Part shown: piece after piece, positions 1 through 15,634 of the stretch
Position numbering within the stretch: position 1 is the first letter of the stretch
How the letters are laid out: every line of letters begins with the position of its first letter
Assembly (NCBI RefSeq): GCF_009914755.1
Contig: NC_060926.1
Origin: the human T2T-CHM13v2.0 reference genome, Homo sapiens
Reading direction: 5' to 3' (one strand)
DNA length: 64,000 nt
Program-made: the position numbers and the translations under genes
The notes under the pieces: model-generated
What the model saw: the letters and a program-made list of their open reading frames with translations, nothing else
Databases searched by the model: none
Told to the model about the DNA's origin: nothing

Positions 1-21
1 TTTTTTCAGTATTTTCTATTC
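1..21 (-). pseudogene. Candidate exon start (runs off window)
   Basis: Acceptor gcctttcctttag (AG at 22-23). Joined in phase 2 to the previous exon it reads L-N-R-K-Y-*-K. Confidence 0.35.
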
Positions 22-274
22 CTAAAGGAAAGGCTTTTTCTGTATTTCTGGTCTAGGATGAAGCTCAAGATTTTCCTGTATGGGTTAATGGGAGATAAAC
101 ATACATTCATTTAAACATTCAGTATTTAGAATATTTAGTATTTAGTATTTGCTATGTCAAAACACCATTCTAGTTTCTAGCAACATTGAGATGAATATGG
201 AGGGGGCTGAAAAACTAAGGGTTTATTTTATCAAAGAGAAGCAAATGAAAGGAAATAACATGTTAGAGCCATAC

Positions 275-417
275 AATTCTAAAAGGGCTCATTCATGTTC
301 ATAAATTTTCAGGTTATCTTCTGCTGACCCTCAGAAAAACCTATAGAAGGCAAAAACATCTTCGAAGGAGGTTCTCTTTACTTCACGTGAACTCATCATT
401 AACTTAAGTACTGTAGC
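275..417 (-). pseudogene. Pseudo-exon, 143 nt, phase 0>2: ATVLKLMMSSREVKRTSFEDVFAFYRFF*GSAEDNLKIYEHE*ALLE
   Basis: Acceptor caatgatttctag, donor TT|gtatgg. Two TGA stops (331-333, 289-291), each one C>T from CGA. Confidence 0.65.
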
Positions 418-794
418 CTAGAAATCATTGTCAATTGCATTTTTTTTGCAGAGCAAAACCACCTTTTTTGTTTGTTTGTTTAAAGGAGTGGAACACTGAG
501 TAACTCTTGAAATGGAAAATGACTATATATCACTTAGTATAATTATGGCCTTCACCAATAACTTTATCTGTCAAGCCAAATAATTAGTAAAGCTCTCCAG
601 TGTGGTAAATCCAAAATGCTCTTGGTCATTTACTCCAGTGTATAACAGCTTTTAATATCAGTAAATATTTCTTAGCAACAAATGTTAAATCTTCCTTCTC
701 TTGTGAATACTAGGTCTCATTTTCTTGTTCTTGATTCAATAAAGATGAAGACAGTCTGGCTGTTCTTCAAGAAAGAAAAATGTTAGAGGCTTAC

Positions 795-848
795 ATTAAT
801 TAAACTATTGGTATATTTGTTGAAGTTCATGAGACGCTGAATTATACC
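795..848 (-). pseudogene. Exon, 54 nt, phase 0>0: GIIQRLMNFNKYTNSLIN
   Basis: Acceptor tgtcttacttcctag, donor AAT|gtaagc; open frame. Confidence 0.75.
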
Positions 849-869
849 CTAGGAAGTAAGACATACATG

Positions 870-913
870 CAAAAAACAAAACAAAACAACAACAACAAAA
901 AACAAACAAACAG
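870..913 (+). repeat. (CAAAA)n/(CAA)n A-rich simple repeat
   Basis: caaaaaacaaaacaaaacaacaacaacaaaaaacaaacaaac. Confidence 0.85.
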
Positions 914-1569
914 CAAAGTAACAATGCCCAATTATATAAAGGCCAAAAAGCTCAGGTGAAAAAGTGCAAACAGAAGTGGAGGCCAAGAAAAGAATGTGGG
1001 AGAGAATGAAATATGTGAGCCTCAAACAGAATAGAAAAATGGGCAAAAAGAAAAGGTTGGGGAGGGAAGGAAAGCAGCATGAATGAAGGATGATAAAGGA
1101 TTAGTTTGAAGGTGAAATTTTACTTTATTCTTAACACCAGAGATCTATATGCTACTCACGGATATTTATTAAATAATTATGAGTAATGCATACTCATTAA
1201 AATATAAATACATTTAAGATAGAAAGAACAATAAAAATTATCTCTAATCACACTATTCCCTCCTCCCTATTGATGTTTTAGCCTTGTTTATTACAGACCT
1301 TTTCTGGGCACTTTAAAAGGCGTACTTTCACCCAAATACAGACTTGATTGTGAACTTTTAAATTTATTATTGCATAAGATTTTTTATGTTAGTTATACAT
1401 CTCATTTGATCAAGTATATATACGCCAAAGTTTTATTTAATAATTCATACATAGTTATATCTTTGAGTAACCTTATAATTAGAATTTGTATAAATCGTTT
1501 TGCTACTAAGATCTTTGTACAAAATACTATTTTTCTGTTGTATAATCACTGAGAATGGAGTGAAATGGA

Positions 1570-1817
1570 GTGGACAAAACACAGACTTTGGAGTTAAATA
1601 GAACTGGTTTTGATTTTCAGTTCTGCTCCTTATAGCTTGTAATTTTAAGCAATGTATCTAACTTCTCTTGGGCCTTGGTTTCCTAAAATATAAAATAAAA
1701 ATCACTATGGTTACTTTGTAGTACTATTCTGAGAATAAGAATTAATAACTGCAAAGTGTAATGTGCTTAGAACATTCCCTGACACACAATGAATGCTCAT
1801 TAAATAACAGTTATTAT
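1570..1817 (+). mobile_element. MIR SINE
   Basis: cagactttggagt...aacttctcttgggccttggtttcct...gtgcttagaacattccctgacaca...gctcattaaat; matches MIR core and 3' end. Confidence 0.75.
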
Positions 1818-2348
1818 CAATATTGTTATGAGTATTAAACCTGATATTATATGGTTCTCCTTGGGGATAATGGGAAATATCCCACGGTTGGGGTGGGGAT
1901 AGGAAGATGTCATGAAGGAAAACATGAAAAATAAATTCAAAGTGAAGTTTGTAGCCTGATTTAATAGAATATGAGCATCTATTCAAATTCTACCTTTCAG
2001 TTTCCAGATAATCAAGATCATTTTATGATTCTAGAGCAATAGAGTGTTTTAATGAAAGCAATGTACTAAGAGAATTAATAATTAATCTTGTATTTTTCCC
2101 CAGGTTAAATAACTTTGATATTATTAGCTTTTCCCTATCACACCTCATGTATTCCACATTAACCCTTTGATTCTGCCTGTAGCTTTCCACTTATGTAGAT
2201 ACAACTTCTATTTAAGTCTTTGAGATGATTCCTTAGATCCTATTCCCTACTCAAACACAGATAACTCAGTTTGGCATAAAAAATAAAAATTTGGAATTGC
2301 CTAACTACACATCAGAAAAACAAAAAGACAATAACAAAAATTCTATAC

Positions 2349-2401
2349 CTGAATGCCAATTGCGAATCTTTGTCTAGCAAAATAAATTAAATAGCTGAGT
2401 C
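2349..2401 (-). pseudogene. Exon, 53 nt, phase 1>0: (G)LSYLIYFARQRFAIGIQ
   Basis: Acceptor ttttgtgcggccgcctttcag, donor CAG|gtatag. The only open frame is the one required by the flanking exons. Confidence 0.75.
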
Positions 2402-2819
2402 CTGAAAGGCGGCCGCACAAAATACTTTGGAAGGTATTTTATTACTGAACTCTTAATATATGTGTTCTTGCATTCATGTAAGTTCTTCAAAGATTTATTC
2501 TCTCAATTACCAATCAAAATAACTAATAAAAGGAGAACCAGTGGACCAGGCAGGATTAGAGCTGCCTGGGAAGATAGATGCACTGGCCATAGCATCTCAG
2601 CTTTAAACAACCTCACTTACTGCTAATTCTGGACCAAGTGACAGCTAACAGAGTGGCTCATGATTAATCATTTGGATTTTTTAAAAGCCCCAAACCCTGC
2701 TTCTTAGGATTTAATTAAGATTGAAACTAAATGTCTTGATTCTTAAGTATACTTTGTAAGAAGTCAGAAACTTGGTTCCTTTAAGGAAAAACAAAGAACA
2801 AAAACTAGTAACATGGTAA

Positions 2820-3138
<319 letters not shown>

Positions 3139-3890
3139 GAAACACAGTTTTAAAAAAGCCATTGAAAGGTGTTTTGTTTCCTTCTAGAACATTAAAACAC
3201 ACATGCACACATACATACTCACACGCACAAACAGAAGAGAAAGATAACTGTACTCTGATTTTGGCACCTATACTGAAATCTATAAATATTGTTATTACCT
3301 GCTTGGGTTTGGATTTCTTTCTTTTCCTTCCTAGGAATGAGTGGCAGTTATAAATAGTATTTGTTTGTTTAGTTTTTATAATATTCTTAACAAGCACCTT
3401 GAATGTCCTTGCCTTCCTTCTCTCAATTGGTTTTCCATGAATATGTCACAAATGTCACTGAAGTAAACAATATGAGCTTCGAAAATTAGCATCTAGAATT
3501 TACTTAAAATACTTTATAAAAACAAATCATTTTTATTTTATGATTGAAATATGTCTACATGATCATTTTCTTTTTAAGCTCTTTTTCCATTAAAGATGTG
3601 TCCTAACATTTTACATGGTTTTTCTGCCCTCTAGTCTATTCAGCTACCCATTATTAATTATTTGTAAACACAAACTTACATATGCTAAGGGAACTTCCAT
3701 TTAAAGGCATTCAATGTTGAATTCCTTTATAATGTCTGCATTTAATAAAGTAAAAGGAGTGAGAAAAAAGATCTGGGAACAGGGCACTGGCTATGTAAGG
3801 AGGGCAAGGTGGGGGCAGGGAGTTGGGGGCTTGGAATTTGGTGTTTGATGTTTGAAAGGAGCCATGGCTAGGGCACATGTCAATACATTG

Positions 3891-4759
3891 TGTAAACCAA
3901 AAATTAAATTCTAAGCTCCCGACTGACTGATGATGGACCCCCATTCTCAGCCAAGGACATTCCAAAGTAAACCTGAAAAACTAGTTCAGGCCACATTGAC
4001 AAGGGAGGGTTCAACAGGCCACATCATACCCTCCTGCCTTTGGAATTTAGGCACAACTGACCAGCATTAATATTAAAACAGAGATCTTAAGACCGACAAA
4101 ATAGACTCTTTGTAATAATAAGGTATCCAATTCCAACATGACTCCAGTATAACATCACATGGCAGATAGCAGGTCCTTAAAGAAACTGAAGTATTTTACC
4201 TCCAAATATATTTCTTTGAAATATTTTGAAATGGTCCTGCAAATCAATCTCTTACGGGGGAAATCTGCATTCTGTAGAGAATTCTCTTCCCTTTCCAGGA
4301 TCTCTTCCTGATCCAGAAGATAACTAAGACTCTGGCACCTTCTTAGGTCTGATAAGAGTTCTGAAGCCTGCTACCTGGAGGCTTCATCTGTATAATAAAA
4401 ACCTGAGTCCCCACAACCCCTTATCTAGACACTCCTTTCTATAGAGTCCAGGTGTTTATATAATATAGCTCTTTCAACCAACTGCCAATTGGAAAATCTT
4501 TGAATCCACCTGTGACCTGGAAGCCCCTGCTTTGAGTTGTCCCATCTTTTTGGATAGAGCCAATGTGGACCTTACATGTAGTGACTGATGTCCACCTGTA
4601 GCTTCTGCCCTCCTGAAATATATAAAAATCAACCGGTAAACCAACCATGGCCACATTTTCTAGGACTTCCTAGGGTTGGGTCGTGGGTCATGATCCTCAT
4701 ATTTGGCAAAGAATAAATTTCTTTAAATATTTTATGGAGTTTGCCTCTTTTCATTGACA
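3891..4759 (+). mobile_element. ERV1 solo LTR, MER4D/MER4E group
   Basis: TGTAAACCAAAAAT...TGACA termini, exact 4-bp TSD ATTG (3887-3890, 4760-4763), AATAAA at 4712. Confidence 0.9.
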
Positions 4760-5314
4760 ATTGTTTCACTGTTTTTCACTTTGTTTTATTATCACACCTA
4801 AAGCAATGTTTTGCCTTCTTATGCTTTTTTCCCTACCTAACTGCTGTCCCCACCCCTCTTATACCTATTTTTACACTGTAGTTACATCTGTGTTCTATAC
4901 ATAAAAATTCTATACATAAAAACTTATTTTTACTCCCCCATGTACATACACTCCCTTAGGGGTGATATTGTTCCCAATGTGTTTACTGTGTTTAAGAGAT
5001 AGATTGGACGAATGATGTGGTGTAAGAGAAATTTTATATCTCATAAAGGATATGCAGTAGTCAGGACTGATGAACTATTTGAATGGAAAACATCAGAGCC
5101 AAAGTCCATTGTTTTGGAGTTATATAAAAAAGGACACTTCTTTTAGGAGAAACTACTAGATGCTATATTGGCAATGTGAGGTCTGGTCAGGTTTGAATTC
5201 ATCTGTTGTCCATGGATGTGTCTTTCCCATTACAACCACATGAGATTCATTCATTCATTCCGCTAATACTTATTCATCAGTTTCTACGTTGTATGTTAAA
5301 GTGGTATCTATCAC

Positions 5315-5339
5315 CTGTCCGTAGAAAAGTAAATACTTG
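5315..5339 (-). pseudogene. Micro-exon, 25 nt, phase 0>1: QVFTFLRT(G)
   Basis: Acceptor ttctgattttacag, donor CAG|gtgata. Supplies the phase change needed between its neighbours. Confidence 0.65.
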
Positions 5340-5559
5340 CTGTAAAATCAGAATTATGTCATGCACTAATCAAATAATCCTACTTATTAGGCTACTGCTG
5401 GTATCTTTTCATAAGATCCAGGTTAATTATTGCAGAGATTGTTTCAGTAGCCTCATATATCAATTATAAATTCCTATACTTGGATTCTTTCCAAGTATAG
5501 GAAAGTTTCCTTAAAGAGAATTCATTAAAGAGCAAGAGGTATGCTTCAGGTTTGGTGTG

Positions 5560-6363
5560 TATTATCAGATGAATTGTATCTCCCAAAAAGATACGTTAAA
5601 GTCTGAATGCCCAGTACCTCAAAATGTGATATTATTTGGAGATAGAGTCTTTGTAGCGGTATTCAAGTTAAAAGAAAGTCATTAGGGTGGACCCTCATCT
5701 AATACAAATAATGCCCTTATAAAAAGGGGGAATTTGGACACTGTGTCAGTCTGGTAAGGATTCCATAGCAAAATACCACAGGCTAGACGGTATTAAATAA
5801 CATTAATTTATTTGGTGGCTAGAAGTCCAAGATCAAGGCTCCCTCAGGGTTGGTGGCTGGTAACACCTCTCTTCCTGGCTTGCTGATGGCCACCTTCGAA
5901 GAGGGTCCTCATTTGGCTTTCCTTTTGTGCATACACAAAAAGAGGCCAAAGGCCACCTCTGGTGTCTTTCTCTTCTTCTAAGGACACCAATTCTGTCGAA
6001 TTAAGGGCCCATGCTTATGACCTCATTTAACATTAATTACCTTGTTATAGGTTCTACCTTCAAACAGAGGCGCACTAGGGCAAGGGCTTCGACATATGAA
6101 CTTTGGAGGGACACTATTCAGCTCCTAATAGATATAGGACTGACGCAGACAAAAAGATGTGAAGTGACACAAGGAGAGGACAGTCATCTACAAGCCAAAG
6201 AGAGAGGTTTGGAATAGATCCTTCACTCACAGCCCTCAAAGGGAGCCAACCCTGCCAGCCTCTTGATTTCAGACTTCTAGCCTCCAGAACCGAGTCAATA
6301 CATTTCTGTTGTTTAAGGCATCCAGCTTGAACTTTGTTACAGCAGCCCTAGCAAACTAATACA
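5560..6363 (+). mobile_element. MaLR LTR (MLT1B-like), split by a nested LTR
   Basis: 5' half 5560-5741 (gaattgtatctccc...tatttggagatagagtctttg); 3' half 6131-6363 ending agccctagcaaactaataca. Confidence 0.85.
5742..6130 (-). mobile_element. MaLR LTR (MLT1A1/MLT1A-like) nested in MLT1B
   Basis: tgtgtcagtctg...aaataccacaggct...gaagtccaagatcaagg...acatatgaactttggagggacac; imperfect 5-bp TSD gacac/gatat. Confidence 0.85.
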
Positions 6364-6641
6364 GTGATCCTCACAGTCTCATAAAGTAAAAAAAAGTTTA
6401 TGCAAGCCTCATGATCATTAGCCTGAGAAACTGGAGGTCTAGCTCAAAGGAGGAAAAGAAAAATAATTAAAGCCAAAGTCTTCTGTAACAAATTTTGAAA
6501 CCATCTATCAGAATATAACTGGCCCATTATTCTGCTTTAGGCAAAACTACCCATATACAGACCTTGCTGTGCCTGTGGATTATTACCTGCTCTTCTGGGC
6601 ACTGGACCATTTGCTGTCAGAGTGAATGGAAACTGTGGCAA

Positions 6642-7131
6642 TGATGGGATTCAAGACACACTACCGTAAATTATGGCACCTTGGTATTCTGGAAAACAGA
6701 GAAGCAGGAAGGCCACTTTTATCTTCCCTTTCCTCTTCTCGCTTGAAGCAGATCATAACACTCTCTTCTGAGAGGGGCCCTCCCTATACTTCAAGGAAAG
6801 GAACATCCTTATCTCTGAAGACACGGGAATACAGAGGAGAATCAGAAAAAATCAGGCCTTGGTAAATCCACCTCCCTAAGTTTATTACCATTAGATTATA
6901 GCCTCTTTTGTCCAGTCAGACTTCTCTATGACCTCTTCTTCAAACCTAAGCATAAAAATATACAAGTTTACTTGTTTAAGTCTTCATTTCTGAAGTCTCG
7001 TGTGTCACACAAAATCACATAAAACTCAAATAAATGTGTATGCTTTTCTCTTGTTAATCTTTCTTTAGTTATAGAGGCCTCAGCCATGAACTTAGCAATG
7101 GGTGAGAAAAAGAAATCATTTCTCTCCTATA
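6642..7131 (+). mobile_element. ERV1 solo LTR, MER31-like
   Basis: tgatgggattcaagacacactacc...atggcaccttgg...aataaatgtgtatgcttttctcttgttaatct...ctcctata. Confidence 0.8.
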
Positions 7132-7469
7132 GGAGCTTATACTGAAAAGCAAGATAGGGACCTACATGACCATGGTGGAGAAGAAAGGACATTGTGAAGG
7201 ATAAGGCGGCAAGAATGGAGAAGGAGTTAGAGATAAGGTTGATTTATGGATATGAGTAAAGATAAAGAATCTCTGGGATGGAGAAATGAACAAGGGTCTT
7301 GAGAAGTAATGAATTAATTAATTAAAGGGATGATAATCAGAAAAAATTATATTTGTAGAAAGTGGCCAGAGAACACAGGGAGCCCATGGAGAAGACTGGT
7401 CAGGATTGGAGAAATGAGAGATCAGCAAGTGATACTTCATGCTGCATGTTCCCAATAAAGGTTATTTAC

Positions 7470-7631
7470 CTCTTTCAAGGGCTAAATTTCTCAGCTGCTA
7501 ATTAGGTCAAACTACTGGGATTCTTGGTCTCCCTTTAGAAAATTGTGTTTTATCCAGCTTTTGTACACTTTTTGGCTAAGAGGCAACCTCTCTAGTACTA
7601 CATCACGTAGCCAGAATGGATTGATGTGATA
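7470..7631 (-). pseudogene. Pseudo-exon, 162 nt, phase 0>0: YHINPFWLRDVVLERLPLSQKVYKSWIKHNFLKGDQESQ*FDLISS*EI*PLKE
   Basis: Acceptor tttttgttaactccccag, donor GAG|gtaaat; length is a multiple of 3; 39 open codons, then three stops. Confidence 0.65.
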
Positions 7632-8159
7632 CTGGGGAGTTAACAAAAACTGACATACGTGACATCAGTTCAAAGATTTAAAAAGGAAATAAAATATTTT
7701 AGCCATCTTAATACAACTCATTTTCTTCACAATAATCTTTACAGATCTTCCATTTTTTCTGTCTGATACAAAATATTTAGATTATCCTCTCTGTCTCTCT
7801 CTAAAACACTGTCAAAGATCCACTTGTCTCCATCTGATTATACTGTTGGACACAAGATTTTTAGTCCTGTATTTCAACACAGTGGATTTTCCACACTCAA
7901 AGTAGCCTTTTTTATGCTGGTGGTTGCATTATGATATAATGAAAGTTGTTTGCTTTTGCTAAAGTAAGAAAAAAAGATGGAGTGAAATCAACTGTGATTT
8001 TTTTTTTTTAATGCTAGCTTTTCCTATTTAGAAGATTGTTACTGATGGTATGGCAGAAAACATATTGCTATATTAACAAGGTCACTCAGTCACAAAATCC
8101 TATTAATGTGGAAAATGACAGAACCAAGCTGCATGGTGACAAATAAGGCAAATTCTCAC

Positions 8160-8239
8160 CTCGTATTCTTAAGAGTCCTCGTTCAAAATCACACGGATGG
8201 CAGGAAAGCTGAGAAGAAATTCAAGAGGTGTGCATGACT
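8160..8239 (-). pseudogene. Pseudo-exon, 80 nt, phase 1>0: xSCTPLEFLLSFPAIRVILNEDS*EYE
   Basis: Strong acceptor ttatgttttttacag and donor GAG|gtgaga; one TAA at 8169-8171; three CpGs retained. Confidence 0.7.
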
Positions 8240-8666
8240 CTGTAAAAAACATAATTCATATATCATCAGTAGTGACTCTTATAATTTTATTTTTTTTTAA
8301 CTTTTTGAAAAAACTATGGTAGCAAAGTAAATCAGGGAATGCAGTTTCAAATTTATGTTCATATAAAAGACTTATCTACAGAAGTATAAAGAAACCTGCT
8401 GAGTAGAAAATTTCAAAATAAACAACATACATTTATAATATCACTGACATGTTTAGTTTTTTATTTTTTCTTAGAATTAAAGGCACCAAAAAGTCATTTG
8501 CATTTTAAATGATAGTAAATGCATTTCAGATTTAGTTGTCAATTTAATGAAGCCTCAAATATTGATTTTAGCAAAACAGTAAAGTAGGAAATAAAAATAA
8601 AAAGGATTATTATTATGGTATCCTGGAGGGGAAAACTATGGTCACTTCAGTCAATGAGACACTAAC

Positions 8667-8971
8667 TTTAGTGGTGTTGTCTAGGCAAATAAAAATACAG
8701 ATTGCCTTGATTTAGCTTAAGCAGGAAAAGGAATCTTGTGGGTTTATGGTTTCATAAATTGTTCTGAATGCTTAACATCCCATGAAGAGGCAGCAAACAA
8801 TGAAGATACTTCATTCAAGAATACAAAACCAGCATACCCAGGCAAAAGCCTCGTCATTCAGATTTAGCATCTTGTTATCCATGTTTGCATTGCTGAAAGG
8901 TCTTCTTTGACTAGTCTCAAAGCTTTTTCACTTAGACATTACAGACCATTTTACTTCTGCATTTTAAACAC
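8667..8971 (-). pseudogene. Candidate decayed exon with frameshift (...CLSEKALRLVKEDLSAMQTWITRC / ...NHKPTRFLFLLKLNQGNLYFYLPRQHH*K)
   Basis: Acceptor gactcttag, donor AA|gttagt giving the phase-1 end the next exon needs; several stops, frame ambiguous. Confidence 0.35.
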
Positions 8972-9271
8972 CTAAGAGTCTGACCTGACTTTATAGCTAA
9001 ACGGAAACTTCGTATACGAGATTATTTATTTTAATGCTTTATGGCCTTTTGATGAACACAGATAAATTACGCACACTTTGAGAACAAACTATTCTTTCAC
9101 GTGTTGAAAACTTAACTGTTTGGCTCCACCAAATACTTTCATTTTTCATTGGAAAACATTAGGAAAATTAAAGTTAGATGTATTGTTTACTGTAAGGTTG
9201 ACATAAAGCAGGATCATACAAAATTGAAAGTTTTACGTAGATTGCCCAGCCAGTGGGATATCATGACTTAC

Positions 9272-9896
9272 CCCACAAAAAATTATACCTGTAACAGTCC
9301 TCTCTCTCCATATTCTTTTAGAATTTCTCAAGTAAGAAAAGGATGGTGTTACAGCTTTGCTTATCTTATGTTTCAGCATCAGTTATTGATATAACTACTT
9401 TTGTTTTACAGAATAGGAATGGTATAATACATCTTAACAGGACTCCTATCTGGAATATTCTTACCATGATATTCAACTTCTCTGGGTCTAATCTCTAGAG
9501 ATCTATGTGTACTTACATGAACACCACTTTAGCCAGTAATGACTTGCTCTCTCTGTTGGCTTAGGCCACTTACTTGCCTTTATTTTAGATCCCATTGTTA
9601 CCTGTATTTTTCAAAGGTATGTATCCTGTGATTCTAGCTTACTGTAAAACCTTAACGATCAAGATTTTCAACTTACATACATGTTCTTTTTCGTTTACAA
9701 AGCAGCAAACTCTAGATACAGTACACACTCTTCTCAGACAAAATCCCAATCATCCATCAATTTTTGTTTCAGTTACTGGGATGCCCTAGGGTAAATTAAT
9801 GTCGGATACTTTTAAAATAAAGGCCTCTAACTTTATAATTCCATTCAGTTTTTTCCCCAGATTTGATTTGTACTTCTTCTGACCTTACTTTTTAAC
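9272..9896 (-). pseudogene. Candidate large decayed exon ending ...LMLKHKISKAVTPSFSYLRNSKRIWRERTVTGIIFCG
   Basis: Consensus donor GGG|gtaagt after 37 open codons. The 5' boundary (atagcag at 9897-9898) and internal frame are uncertain. Confidence 0.4.
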
Positions 9897-10330
9897 CTGC
9901 TATTAACATGTTTTATTATAGTATCTCTTTTTTATCAAGTGATAGATGACTAAATAAAAAAGTAGACTATTAGCATATGCTTATAAATGCTTTATTTAAT
10001 AATTACTTAAAAAACTTTGTTGACTATTGTGATAAATTATTTTGAATTTAGTTCCTGTTTCCAATGAATTCAATCTATGAGGAGAGAGGGTGCTAGAGAC
10101 ATAGAAAAATTCCAGATTAGACAACAGTATTATATGAGTAAGAACAGAAGATTGTACTAAACATATTCAGCCCAAGAGGAGAAAGATGGCCTCATTGTGA
10201 CATTAGAATACGCCATGAAGAAAGGTGGACTTTAGCTAGTTTAATTTGGGGAAAGACAATTTATAGAATGGAATTAATGTAAACCGAAGAAATAAATTAG
10301 GAAAAAACATATTTAAGAATTACCAAATTA

Positions 10331-13709
<3,379 letters not shown>

Positions 13710-14639
13710 GAATTACCAAATTAGAACCATCCTGAAAGAGTTGAGTGTAGATAGAACTGCTTAAATAATATTAGGTATTTGAATATATATTCAAATAATA
13801 TATTCAAACAAACTGTAAATTGTGGATAGAAAAACTAAACTGATGAACAACTAATTATTTGAGAAGAATATTGTAGGTAAAACTATTACAAAAATAAATG
13901 GAAAAAAATAGTAATATTACAAGTGAGGAAGTACATAAAAAAACACAGATACCAAATAACTTATTTCAATAAAAATAAGATACCATCTGCTCAACCAAAA
14001 AATAAGTCACACTATGAAGTTGCAAAAATTAAATGGGAGGCATATCAGCACAGGAATAAACTTATAGAGTAATTAAATTGAAAACAATATTCAGTAGAAG
14101 CCCGAGATGTATATATAACTTTACTACTTTATAAAGGCAGCAATTCAGATCAGTTAGAAAGATTATTCAATGACTACTGTTAGGCAACTGGCTGATCCAT
14201 TAGAAAAATATAGTTAGATTATTTTCTCATACCACATATCGTGCAGAAATAAAAAATTTAAACAACACATAAAATTGCTTTCAAAATATAGACAAATATT
14301 TATAAATTTCTGGTATGCAAAAAGCCATTCAGAGAATGACTCAATTTCTTCAAATAGTAAAATTTTTATTAAAACAAGCAAACAAAAAGTAATGAAGTCT
14401 ATTTATTTAAAAAACAATAGAACAAAACCTGCTTTTTATATATGATTGAAAAAGTAAAAACCATTTACAACCAGTATTTTTTTAGTTACTAAAAATCTAG
14501 CTGTGTGGCATCAACATGCAACACACACATGTACTTTTTTTCCTTTAGAAGAGATATGGTTTTGAAATGTATGTGTGTGTATATGTACAACTGTCTACAC
14601 ACAAATACATACACATACGTATGTATCTCTAAAGTTTTT

Positions 14640-15030
14640 AGTTACCACTAAAAGGAAATGATTGTGATATAAATAGAAGAGGAATGTTTGAAAGGGTATT
14701 GGATGGGTCACAGATTCCCTAGAAGGATGGCACAATAAAAGGAATCAAGGCAGGCTAAGTGATATAAACCATAACCCAAATCCTGTTTAGAAACTTTTTC
14801 ACTGCCATTACTGCCTCTGGAGATGTTCTCACTGTGATTGCTGTAAAGAATTCTCCTGTGTCCTGGCTTCTTTGTGTCACATCTGATTAGACAAACCTGT
14901 ATTTTGGATCCTAGCCTTGGCTACCAGGGGACTGAGGGAAAACAGCTATTTGATTTCAATTTCTGTAGTGGGAGGCAACCATCATACACATAACAGATGC
15001 ATCCCTCAAAAACAAGAGAAATGAACCATG
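14640..15030 (-). mobile_element. Old MaLR LTR fragment (MLT1K/L/N-like)
   Basis: Degenerate motifs gtcacatctgatt, cctagccttggctaccagggg, ctgtagtgggaggca. Confidence 0.4.
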
Positions 15031-15634
15031 GATTTACAGATATGCATGTACATGCTGTGTGTGTGTCTGTGTATACGTGCTTAAATTCCATTTATTTTGC
15101 TCTGTGTAACATGATACTGACACTACATTCTGTCTAAAATATCTTATATATTGATTTGGTATTTATGGCATAAACAACAAATACTTAACTGTGTTGCACA
15201 CAAAAGGCTTTTTTGCCCATTCAGAAATGTGTAGTTTGAGAGATAAGATCAGTCTACATGGAATATCTAAGGAACACTGTAAGACAGTATATATAAATTT
15301 TACAGCTGATAATTGCTGATGAAAACTAGAAAGTAGACAGATTTAAGTAACTGGAATAGGTGAGAGGTTTTGTGTTAAAAGTACTGATTTGAAATGGACT
15401 TTGAAAGATGGACAGTATTTATTACATATTGCCTGCATGTCACTGTTTACTTAGCTATGCATATGTGGAAAAGTATGCTTAATATATGAATATATTTTCA
15501 TACAGAAGATACACTTGGATAGTCAGTTAATTGATTAGCAACCTGCATATAGATCATTTTGGGGGTGGATTCAATTTTTCTCAAATAATCCTTTTACTTT
15601 TATAATAATGCCCTGTACTAACTCCAATTCTATA

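Noticed and set aside
2409-2416. Isolated NotI site as CpG island or cloning scar
   Set aside because: No surrounding CpG enrichment or vector sequence; it lies in the acceptor tract of the 2349-2401 exon.
5471-5503. Resemblance to an FRT site (ttcctatac...gtataggaa)
   Set aside because: Spacer length and flanks do not match the 13-8-13 FRT structure; no vector context.
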